This document shows, piece by piece, positions 1 through 6,323 of a stretch of DNA of 31,527 bases. The position numbers and the translations under genes were made by a program. Position 1 is the stretch's first letter. The number at the start of each line of letters is the position of its first letter. Below the pieces are notes generated by a model. That model saw only the letters and a list, made by a program, of their open reading frames with translations. It made no database searches and had not been told where the DNA came from. This stretch comes from a virus, in the IMG/VR virus record IMGVR_UViG_3300025540_000004; one strand, given 5' to 3'.

Positions 1-127
1 ACCTTGCATGACAGCGATCGTCCAGCCCAAGCCTATTTCCACTGCCTATACGCTGGCCTCATTAAGGGCGTGCTTTAGCGTTTACCTATTCCGCCACTAC
101 CTCGTTTGCAACGTCATGGCAATGACC
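1..127. repeat. Terminal direct repeat, copy A. It is identical to 31401-31527 and is read as a circularisation or assembly overlap.
   Basis: I compared bases 1-127 with 31401-31527 by eye and they match exactly. Both copies sit at the extreme ends of the window. Confidence 0.9.
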
Positions 128-296
128 TGAATGGTTTTCCACGCCATTCGCATGTATTTCGGTGCGGCTCCCCGTTATACTGGATCGTGGCACGCTCTCG
201 CTCCGTTGATAAAAGACAGCTAGAGATTGACTTTTAAGCCAATCAACATGGCCAAGAGGGGGAATGTTAGGAAGGTGTCTTTACCTCATGACCATG

Positions 297-326
297 TTGA
301 CGGGCTCAAACCCGCCATGGTACAAT
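297..326 (+). promoter_or_regulatory. Plus-strand sigma-A-like promoter.
   Basis: The -35 is TTGACG (297-302). An 18-nt spacer follows. The extended -10 is TGgTACAAT (318-326). Confidence 0.5.
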
Positions 327-351
327 TTATTTGTTCAGAATTTGTTTACCT

Positions 352-390
352 GCGATAGTTGTTTGCCGACGACTATCGCTTTTGCTTTTT
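352..390 (+). terminator. Plus-strand intrinsic terminator.
   Basis: An 8-bp stem pairs gcgatagt (352-359) with actatcgc (372-379) around a 12-nt loop. It is followed by ttttgcttttt. On the minus strand no U-tract follows the stem. Confidence 0.55.
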
Positions 391-480
391 CTCTGCTTTT
401 GCTTCATCTCTCATTATTCTGTAGGATATTACCATTCCCACGGATACGACAGTCAGTAAATAAATGTCAGCAAAGTCCAT
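373..480 (-). CDS. Small hydrophobic peptide of 35 aa, MDFADIYLLTVVSVGMVISYRIMRDEAKAEKKQKR. It has a type I toxin-like architecture.
   Basis: The ATG is at 480-478, with GGGGG 7 nt upstream, and the stop TAG is at 375-373. The peptide has one predicted TM segment and a Lys-rich tail. It falls below the 60-aa cut-off of the ORF track. Confidence 0.4.
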   Translation of the reverse strand: MDFADIYLLTVVSVGMVISYRIMRDEAKAEKKQKR

Positions 481-482
481 AT

Positions 483-767
483 TCATGCCCCCAGTTCTTT
501 CATGATTTTTAAAGCCTGTTCGCAATCTGTTTTACTAATACGAATGTTCGTATTGACTGCTTTTGAATTTTTATAGACTTTAAAAATGATAAAATCTACT
601 TGTGTTATCAACATAAAAGTTATCCAGATGTCATTCTCACTAGCGATTTCAAGTTGCCATTTCACGTTGAAGGCTTCTACACTATCAATCTCGTCAATCT
701 CGTTTTTCACAATGTCTGCTGCTTCCTGACCGTAATTTTCTTTAAACTCTTCATAGTTAAATTCCAT
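483..767 (-). CDS. Acidic early protein of 94 aa from the ATG at 767. Function unknown.
   Basis: The ORF-track entry is 483..818. The internal ATG at 767 has the SD AGGGTGG 8 nt upstream and sits 2 nt after the stop of the upstream gene. Confidence 0.6.
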   Translation of the reverse strand: MEFNYEEFKENYGQEAADIVKNEIDEIDSVEAFNVKWQLEIASENDIWITFMLITQVDFIIFKVYKNSKAVNTNIRISKTDCEQALKIMKELGA

Positions 768-769
768 CT

Positions 770-1294
770 CTATATCCACCCTTTCGATTTCCAGTATGGT
801 TTCCGGTCTTTGATACACTTTTTTAGGCTTATTCCGTATTCGCTTGCCAATATTGCTTTTAGGTTTGCAATCGCTGTTTCGGCATCTAATAGCTCGTAAA
901 TAATTTCTCGGATTCTTTTCTTTTCCTCTTCGGATGTTTCATTCGGAGGTTTCAATAGCGATACTTCCTCGAGTATCTGAATAACTTCTCTGGTTTGTTG
1001 AATCGCGAACTCTTCTAACGCCAATCTGTGATGTTCAATCGCTTTGCCTTTTAAAACCGGTGCAGTATATCCTTCCGAGAACTCATAGAGCAATTCCATT
1101 GCGTACATTGGACTGTCATATGTAGTCAATGAAGCTTTTGCAATGTCCTTTTGCAACTTCCTATGGCCATGTTTTATGTTACTTATCAACTGAGGTGATA
1201 CGTTCAGATCCATGGCCAACTGAACTCCCTCAAGTCCTTCCTCCTTTTGCAGCGTTTCAATTGCTGAAGCTGCGTAAACTGAATCTTTTAGCAC
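770..1294 (-). CDS. HTH (XRE-like) early regulatory protein, 174 aa.
   Basis: The start is GTG at 1294, with the SD GGGGGAG upstream. An N-terminal helix-turn-helix-like segment reads GVQLAMDLNVSPQLISNIKHG. Confidence 0.7.
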   Translation of the reverse strand: MLKDSVYAASAIETLQKEEGLEGVQLAMDLNVSPQLISNIKHGHRKLQKDIAKASLTTYDSPMYAMELLYEFSEGYTAPVLKGKAIEHHRLALEEFAIQQTREVIQILEEVSLLKPPNETSEEEKKRIREIIYELLDAETAIANLKAILASEYGISLKKCIKDRKPYWKSKGWI

Positions 1295-1353
1295 GAACTC
1301 TCCCCCTTTTGCATATAGTCAATGGTTTTTATATGCACCTTTCGGATATAAAA

Positions 1354-1500
1354 TTAAGATAGTTTAACTTTACTCGGTTGATAGCTGCCGTTTTCAATGT
1401 TGCGCTTTGCTATCTTTATTAAATGTATTTGGGCGTCACGTTTAACTTTTTCAATCAAAGGGCCTGGCACAAATATAATTTCGCGTTTTGTTTGTTTCAT
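1354..1500 (-). CDS. Small hypothetical protein of 48 aa, MKQTKREIIF...
   Basis: The ATG at 1500-1498 overlaps the TGA of the Cro-like gene by 1 nt (TGATG). GGAGGT lies 7 nt upstream. Confidence 0.5.
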   Translation of the reverse strand: MKQTKREIIFVPGPLIEKVKRDAQIHLIKIAKRNIENGSYQPSKVKLS

Positions 1501-1751
1501 CAGCCAACCTCCTTTTTCTCATTTGAACTTGCATTATTTGCAAGTTTATTAAAAAAAAAATACTCGATGTGTTTGTTAAACATTTTTGCAATTATGTGGA
1601 TTTCATCAGCAGTAAACGGTTGTTTACCTGATTCCTTTCGGTGATAAGGATAAACACTGTTAAATCCAAGTTTTTTTGCCATTTCATCCTGTGATAGTTT
1701 TGATTGTTTACGAAGCATTTTAATTTTTTCAAGATCTACTGTAGATGTCAT
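1500..1751 (-). CDS. Cro-like XRE-family HTH regulator of 83 aa from the ATG at 1751.
   Basis: An HTH motif reads LSQDEMAKKLGFNSVYPYHRKESG. The SD GGGGTGA lies before the ATG at 1751. It is the first gene downstream of the consensus promoter at 1795-1823. Confidence 0.8.
   Translation of the reverse strand: MTSTVDLEKIKMLRKQSKLSQDEMAKKLGFNSVYPYHRKESGKQPFTADEIHIIAKMFNKHIEYFFFNKLANNASSNEKKEVG
1529..1543. promoter_or_regulatory. Distal operator-like palindrome TTGCA-N5-TGCAA.
   Basis: The sequence ttgcattatttgcaa shares both half-sites with the four sites in the switch region. It lies inside the 3' end of the Cro-like gene. Confidence 0.45.
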
Positions 1752-1767
1752 TTTGTCACCCCATTCC

Positions 1768-1782
1768 TTGCATTTCTTGCAA
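1768..1782. promoter_or_regulatory. Operator O1, TTGCAtttctTGCAA.
   Basis: Perfect 5+5 inverted half-sites with a 5-nt spacer. It lies just downstream of the -10 of the leftward promoter. Confidence 0.65.
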
Positions 1783-1794
1783 CTTCTTATATAG

Positions 1795-1823
1795 ATTATA
1801 ACTTGCATTTTGTGCAATGTCAA
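1795..1823 (-). promoter_or_regulatory. Leftward early (lytic) promoter.
   Basis: On the minus strand the -35 is TTGACA (1823-1818), the spacer is 17 nt and the -10 is TATAAT (1800-1795). Both hexamers match the consensus perfectly. Confidence 0.8.
1803..1817. promoter_or_regulatory. Operator O2, TTGCAttttgTGCAA.
   Basis: Perfect half-sites. It lies within the 17-nt spacer of the leftward promoter. Confidence 0.65.
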
Positions 1824-1831
1824 CTAAAAAA

Positions 1832-1846
1832 TTGCATTTTTTTCAA
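1832..1846. promoter_or_regulatory. Operator O3, TTGCAtttttTTCAA.
   Basis: One mismatch to the half-site consensus. Confidence 0.5.
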
Positions 1847-1851
1847 ATGTA

Positions 1852-1880
1852 ATTTGCTAAATTTGCAATTCTGATATATT
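1852..1880 (+). promoter_or_regulatory. Candidate rightward promoter for the repressor gene.
   Basis: The extended -10 is TGaTATATT (1872-1880). A weak -35, TTGCTA (1854-1859), sits at a short spacing. Confidence 0.4.
1854..1868. promoter_or_regulatory. Operator O4, TTGCTaaattTGCAA.
   Basis: One mismatch to the consensus. It overlaps the -35 region of the candidate repressor promoter. Confidence 0.5.
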
Positions 1881-1919
1881 AAATAAGAAAATATAAATAG
1901 TGAAAGTAGGTGAACAAAT

Positions 1920-2300
1920 TTGGAAGAGAATATTATTGGTAATAGAATAAAAAAATTGAGAAATAAAAGGGATTTAAAACAAGAAAAAGTAGCGAAAGAT
2001 TTATCAATAACTGTTTATCAACTTTCAAGATATGAAAATGGTATATCAAAACTAACACCAGAACTAATTGCTCAATTTGCTAAGTATTATAATGTAACTG
2101 GGGATTACTTACTCGGATTAAGTGATGATCCGCGTTTAACCGCGGACCAACAAATAGAAGTGAATAAAGAATTTAAAAAGTTAAAAGAAATGATTTCGGA
2201 ATTGCCGGATGGTCCAGAAAAATCGAAAGTTATACAGCGGATTCTGGACTATACAGCCGGTCTTGTCGATGGTAGTAAAGATCATAAACTTCACGAATAA
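1920..2300 (+). CDS. CI-like XRE-family repressor of 126 aa, with no S24 peptidase domain.
   Basis: The start is TTG, with the SD AGGTGA 7 nt upstream. The N-terminal HTH reads IGNRIKKLRNKRDLKQEKVAKDLSITVYQLSRYENG. It is divergent from the Cro-like gene. Confidence 0.85.
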   Translation: MEENIIGNRIKKLRNKRDLKQEKVAKDLSITVYQLSRYENGISKLTPELIAQFAKYYNVTGDYLLGLSDDPRLTADQQIEVNKEFKKLKEMISELPDGPEKSKVIQRILDYTAGLVDGSKDHKLHE

Positions 2301-2376
2301 TTAGTTCTGCTGACTTGTCTTTTTTTGAACTTATGATAACGTTTAAAAGTGCTTGTTCAAATTCTTTTTCATCCAT
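2230..2376 (-). CDS. Possible small ORF of 48 aa, antisense to the 3' end of the repressor gene.
   Basis: The ATG is at 2376-2374, with GGAGTG 6 nt upstream, and the stop TAA is at 2232-2230. It overlaps the repressor coding sequence by about 70 nt, so it may be spurious. Confidence 0.25.
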   Translation of the reverse strand: MDEKEFEQALLNVIISSKKDKSAELIIREVYDLYYHRQDRLYSPESAV

Positions 2377-2565
2377 GACTATCACTCCGATCTATTGGCT
2401 ATAGGCAAACGCTTGTTCTTGTTTATTATATTTATATATTACCATATATTTTTCGGAAATAAAGCCTTGTTTATAAATTTGACAAAATTTTATTGCGCGT
2501 TTTGATACAATTGAATGCAATTCAGTATTTTCTCATTATGTATACATATATAAGGGGTGTTAAAA

Positions 2566-3117
2566 ATGAGTGTTATTCTAATCTTTTTAGGAATTATTTT
2601 CCTCTTTGTATCGCTATTCAGAGCATTGATTTCAATTAAAAAGAAAGAGAAAAAAACAAGAACAGGATTTACATTTTTAATTCTTGGCGTTGTTTGCTCG
2701 GTTATTGGATTCACAATGTTGCTAAGCGATGACAATAATACAGAAAAAACAACATCAAATAAATCTCAAGATACAGAAGTAGCGAAAACTGAATTAAATA
2801 TTCCTGAATATACATTAAATGAAAATTATATTAAAGATGATCCAAACACATATTCGGGACGAACAGTTGTAGAGATAGAAATTAAAGGAACATTCAATTT
2901 AGAAGATAAAAAAATTAAAGACATCGCAACATCTATTTCAAATGAAGAATCAACAAAAGCTCTCAATAAATACCCTGATAGCGAAATGGTTAGAGTTGTA
3001 ATTTATCAGGAAGGAGAAGATATGTTTCCTCTCCTTAATGATACATTCAATGTCGAGGGCGGAAAATTGGTATTAAGCAAAAATACAGTTTCTCGTTTCC
3101 CTTTATTAGATAATTAG
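2566..3117 (+). CDS. Membrane-anchored protein with two N-terminal TM helices and an external domain. It is a lysogeny-module moron and a candidate superinfection-exclusion factor.
   Basis: The ATG at 2566 has the SD AAGGGG 8 nt upstream. Hydrophobic segments are VILIFLGIIFLFVSLF and FTFLILGVVCSVIGFTMLL. The gene lies between int and the repressor and is followed by its own terminator. Confidence 0.75.
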   Translation: MSVILIFLGIIFLFVSLFRALISIKKKEKKTRTGFTFLILGVVCSVIGFTMLLSDDNNTEKTTSNKSQDTEVAKTELNIPEYTLNENYIKDDPNTYSGRTVVEIEIKGTFNLEDKKIKDIATSISNEESTKALNKYPDSEMVRVVIYQEGEDMFPLLNDTFNVEGGKLVLSKNTVSRFPLLDN

Positions 3118-3132
3118 ATAATTAATATGTTT

Positions 3133-3160
3133 CAAGCCCAATTTGTTGGGCTTGTTTTTT
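3133..3160 (+). terminator. Intrinsic terminator of the moron/repressor transcript.
   Basis: The stem pairs caagcccaa (3133-3141) with ttgggcttg (3146-3154). The loop is tttg and a T6 run follows. Confidence 0.85.
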
Positions 3161-3230
3161 ACTTTACTTAATCTCTAATAGTAATTAACTCACCTAATTC
3201 AGATAGAATAATTCGTTTCATCATAATATA

Positions 3231-3269
3231 CAGGAAAAATAAAAAAGAGCGGATCAATTCCACTCTTTT
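3231..3269 (-). terminator. Intrinsic terminator downstream of int.
   Basis: On the minus strand a 10-bp stem (AAAAGAGTGG with TCCGCTCTTTT, one G.U pair) is followed by TTATTTTT. Confidence 0.7.
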
Positions 3270-3322
3270 CAATGCATAGGTATAGACATTAGATTCTCGA
3301 TACTAATGTCAATACATATGCA

Positions 3323-4831
3323 TTAGAATGTCTTGATCTCCAAACTATCCTTGTAAACAATAATTTCACGTACAATCATTCGTATCAATTCTTGTTTTTC
3401 CTCAAATGTTAATTCTTCTTGCCCTTTACTTAGGTAATAGTTAACTGCTTGTTGGTAAACTTGATGACTTAACATTTCATTATTAGATTTCTCTTTTACT
3501 ATCTCCAATTCCTTCAATCTTTTTCGTAAATTTTCTTCTTTCTCTTTCAATTCTTTTAATTCTTCTCGAATTTCATTTTCCGATATGTCAAAATCACTTG
3601 AAATTAAACGTAATAGTTTTTTCCTACCTGCCTGTATTTTTCCTATTTCATTTTGTATTCTTTCCATTTCTTCATCTTCAAATGATGTAGACTTCATCAG
3701 TTCTGTTTCACTTGCCGCAGCAATTTCAGCAGGGCTATTTAGCCAATTTTTTATACTGTCCCAAACATTGTTTTCGATTTCTTCTGCTTTTATTCTCATA
3801 CCACAACCTTTATTTTTTGCGCCTGCCGTATTTTTCTTATCGGTGTACATTCTTTCATATTTCCCCCAGTTTTTTGCATACACTCCAGGCATGGTATTTC
3901 CACATTCGCCACATCTTAATAAACCGCTTAATAAATATTGTTTTTTACCTTTTTTTGCCCATCTTCTCCGCGACTCTTTTAAAAGTTTTTGGGCGTAATA
4001 AAATGTTGTTTCATCTATTATTTGTGGGCAAGAAATTTCAATCCATTCTTCCCTCGGTCTTTCCTTCATTGGGATTTTTTCACCGGTTGGGAGTTGTTTA
4101 TTTTTTGCTTTTAGGTTTCCTTCTGTATCCCATCTATTGTGGTAAAAACGACCAATATATGCTTCGTTCATTAATATTTGCCTAACCACTTGACGATGCC
4201 AAACACTAGCATTACGTTTTGTAGGTATTTTCCGGTCAGTCAAATAAAAGGCAATTCCATTTATCCCTTGTACTCTACCGTTCGGTCTAGTAAATAAGTC
4301 GAATATTAATCTAACAACTTGTGCCTCGTTTTCATTGATTTCAAGTTGAGAAGTTTCCTTATTATATACGTAACCATATATCCTTGGATCTCTAACAATT
4401 TTTCCCTCTTTCGCCTTCCGTTTACGGCCATTTGACATCCGTTCAGTAATTTTTGCCTTTTCAAATTCTGCAATGGCTCCCCTCATTTGATAAAAAAGCA
4501 TACCTTCAGCAGTTTTCATGTATTCGCCATTAACAAAAACTAATTCTGCGTTTTTTTCAATTTCTTCCGTAATGATTAATTGGTTCATGAGCTTTCTCGA
4601 AAGACGGTCAGGATCATAACAGATTACTTTATCAATGATTCCACTTTTCACATCTTCTCTTAGTCTGTTTAAAGCTGGCCGATCTAAAAATTCCCCTGAG
4701 ATTCCATCATCAATATACTCTATTATATCTTCAGTACCAGCCTTACTCCGACATTGGTCTATTTGGTCCCGAATGCTGTATCCGTGCTTGGCTTGCTCCT
4801 CTGTCGATACCCTTACATATATCCCTATCAT
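3323..4831 (-). CDS. int: Large serine recombinase (integrase).
   Basis: The N-terminal resolvase-type catalytic motif reads IGIYVRVSTEEQ...GYSIRDQ. Recombinase and zinc-ribbon regions (CGECG...C) and a C-terminal coiled coil follow. The start is probably the ATG at 4831, with GGAGGG upstream. The ORF track extends it to 4912. Confidence 0.95.
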   Translation of the reverse strand: MIGIYVRVSTEEQAKHGYSIRDQIDQCRSKAGTEDIIEYIDDGISGEFLDRPALNRLREDVKSGIIDKVICYDPDRLSRKLMNQLIITEEIEKNAELVFVNGEYMKTAEGMLFYQMRGAIAEFEKAKITERMSNGRKRKAKEGKIVRDPRIYGYVYNKETSQLEINENEAQVVRLIFDLFTRPNGRVQGINGIAFYLTDRKIPTKRNASVWHRQVVRQILMNEAYIGRFYHNRWDTEGNLKAKNKQLPTGEKIPMKERPREEWIEISCPQIIDETTFYYAQKLLKESRRRWAKKGKKQYLLSGLLRCGECGNTMPGVYAKNWGKYERMYTDKKNTAGAKNKGCGMRIKAEEIENNVWDSIKNWLNSPAEIAAASETELMKSTSFEDEEMERIQNEIGKIQAGRKKLLRLISSDFDISENEIREELKELKEKEENLRKRLKELEIVKEKSNNEMLSHQVYQQAVNYYLSKGQEELTFEEKQELIRMIVREIIVYKDSLEIKTF

Positions 4832-5040
4832 TGAGGTGTTCCCTCCTATACTTTTCATATAGGTAATCATAACAAGCTTTTCTAATTTTGTCAGTAGAAT
4901 CTCCCTCGACAATTTTTACATGCACCTATGCATCACCTCAACAGATATATATGAGGTAACCGATTGTCCATATTTATTAAATTTTTAAGGGAATTTAAGA
5001 AGCTGATTGGAGAACGTAAGGAAATTTTTAAATGGGGATT

Positions 5041-5067
5041 TTTAAAATAGAGGGGATTTTTCCCCTC
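5041..5067 (-). terminator. Intrinsic terminator after the endolysin gene.
   Basis: The stem pairs gagggga (5050-5056) with tcccctc (5061-5067). On the minus strand it is followed by TATTTTAAA. Confidence 0.7.
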
Positions 5068-5072
5068 CTTAT

Positions 5073-6323
5073 TTATTTCACACGTAATTTTTGCCCAACC
5101 CGTATTAAGTTCGGGTTTTTAATACCATTCAAGGACACTAACTGATTAATCGTAGTGCCATATTTTTTAGCAATCTTGGTTAGATTATCACCGCTGACAA
5201 CTGAGTAATATTGTGGTGTTGATACTGTTCCAGCTATTTTTAAAACTTGGCCAACATATATACGGTTAACATTTTTAATATTGTTTAAGCTTGCTAGTTT
5301 GCTAACCGTAGTGTTATATTTTGCGGCAATACCGCTAAGTGTATCACCACGTTTGACTGTGTATGTCATGGCGGGTGTAGGTGTACTTTGTGTCGGCTGT
5401 ACACCGTCTTTGAGTTTGCTCAACAATGCCAAGTTTTGGGCAGCGGATCCGGTGTAATTAGAGATACCATATTGACTTGCCAATTGAGCCCTGGCATTAA
5501 AGGAACCATCTTTGCCAATTGACTTCAAATAGTCAACTAGAGATAGGCTCCCGATATGTTTTACTTCACCGACTGGTGTAGCACTTTCCACCCCATTAGT
5601 GGATGTATACTTACCCGCGAAATCGTCATTGACATCAAAAAAGCCATAATGTTCAAAACCACTGAATTTATAGGTTGACGACCATTGCCATGCACCTTTG
5701 CCGTTGGACCATTGAGGCTCTTGATAAATGGATGAGTAACGAGCCAACCAAGGTTTATTGATAATTAAACCTGTTGGATTAAGACTGGAGTTATAAAAAT
5801 ATGAACCGGAATAAATATCTACCCTTGGATAACCTAACTCCTGCATTTGCTTGATAAAAGCATTTGCATATTCAGTTAACTTTGTTTTATTTGTAATTCC
5901 CGAAGTGACTTCTAGGTCCAAAACTACATAACCATCAGTATCCTTGTTAAAGCCAACTTTTTGCAATGTCTTGTCAAACCATTTTGCTTCAGATTGTGCA
6001 TCAGCAACGCTTGTTAATCGGCCGAAATGGTATGCAGATGTAACAAGACCGGCTTGTTTTGCGTTTGCGATATTTACGCTTGCGGCGGGATCTAAATAAC
6101 TAGTACCCTCGGAAACTTTTACGACTACACCTTGGACTCCGCTCGCTTTAATCGTTTGATAAAAAGACAATGGTAATCCTTGTTCAGCGTTCCAGTGCGA
6201 CACGTCGATAAAATCTATGTCTGGTTGAGTTGCAAACGATGGAGCGACAAAAGAAAACGCCAGTACTGTAGATAGTACTAGCGCTGAAACAGTTTTATTT
6301 ATTTTACTCATCAGTAGAATCAT
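5073..6323 (-). CDS. Endolysin with an N-terminal signal peptide, a GH25 muramidase domain, a linker module and two LysM repeats.
   Basis: - The signal-like N-terminus is [27 protein letters not shown].
- The GH25-like motif is DVSHWN...[11 protein letters not shown]...AYHF.
- Two C-terminal LysM repeats read [16 protein letters not shown] and [16 protein letters not shown]. Confidence 0.9.
   Translation of the reverse strand: MILLMSKINKTVSALVLSTVLAFSFVAPSFATQPDIDFIDVSHWNAEQGLPLSFYQTIKASGVQGVVVKVSEGTSYLDPAASVNIANAKQAGLVTSAYHFGRLTSVADAQSEAKWFDKTLQKVGFNKDTDGYVVLDLEVTSGITNKTKLTEYANAFIKQMQELGYPRVDIYSGSYFYNSSLNPTGLIINKPWLARYSSIYQEPQWSNGKGAWQWSSTYKFSGFEHYGFFDVNDDFAGKYTSTNGVESATPVGEVKHIGSLSLVDYLKSIGKDGSFNARAQLASQYGISNYTGSAAQNLALLSKLKDGVQPTQSTPTPAMTYTVKRGDTLSGIAAKYNTTVSKLASLNNIKNVNRIYVGQVLKIAGTVSTPQYYSVVSGDNLTKIAKKYGTTINQLVSLNGIKNPNLIRVGQKLRVK

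Larger units (their letters stand above)
1..330. ncRNA. Candidate structured RNA or cis-regulatory RNA island of unknown class. It continues across the circular junction to about 31355-31400.
   Basis: By hand count the region is about 50% G+C, against 25-43% in sampled flanking sequence. Stops occur in every frame and no ORF is preceded by a Shine-Dalgarno (SD) motif.

Helices seen:
- 31379-31388 with 97-106
- 31389-31394 with 2-7
- 113-117 with 122-126
- 129-134 with 144-149
- 205-210 with 242-247, enclosing 211-219 with 227-235
- 291-296 with 316-321, with inner 301-304 with 311-314

The strand is not resolved. Confidence 0.45.

Noticed and set aside
40-66. A hammerhead-like string on the minus strand, CTTAATGAG-GCC-...-GGC-AGTGGAAAT.
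   Set aside because: The core differs from CUGAUGA at two invariant positions. Extra nucleotides also precede the GAAA element.
1-127. The terminal repeats read as att sites, LTRs or a mobile-element boundary.
   Set aside because: The copies are exact, sit at the very ends, and are 127 nt long. They fall in the middle of a continuous noncoding element. A circular-assembly overlap is the simpler explanation.
291-321. A tRNA-like T-arm or acceptor mini-helix, GCGGGTTTGAGCCCG on the minus strand.
   Set aside because: The loop is 6 nt and lacks the TTCRANY consensus. No D-arm or anticodon arm lies nearby. No tRNA can be supported anywhere in the window.
1-482. A group I or group II intron splitting the genes at 483-767 and 31028-31354.
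   Set aside because: - The downstream ORF has its own SD and an in-frame TAG 18 nt upstream.
- There are no GUGYG or domain V-like motifs.
- There is no recognisable P7/P3 core.
- The flanking ORFs look independent.
264-512. An 82-aa plus-strand ORF from the ORF track, crossing the GC-rich island.
   Set aside because: - No SD lies at a usable distance: GAGGGGG is only 2 nt from the ATG.
- The ORF runs straight through two hairpin-plus-T-tract structures, and through the minus-strand peptide ORF and the end of a further gene.
- Its hydrophobic stretch is simply the translated T-rich terminator tail.
3585-4185. Plus-strand ORFs of 137 aa and 157 aa inside the integrase gene. Similar antisense ORFs lie inside the tape measure gene (for example 12011..12610), TerL, the portal gene, the tail fibre gene and the organiser gene.
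   Set aside because: These are shadow ORFs on the strand opposite well-supported genes. Their products are low-complexity and rich in Phe, Leu and Ser, and no SD motifs precede them.
4743-4925. A 60-aa minus-strand ORF overlapping the 5' end of int.
   Set aside because: It is an alternative frame over the integrase N-terminus and leader. The recombinase catalytic motif fixes the real frame.
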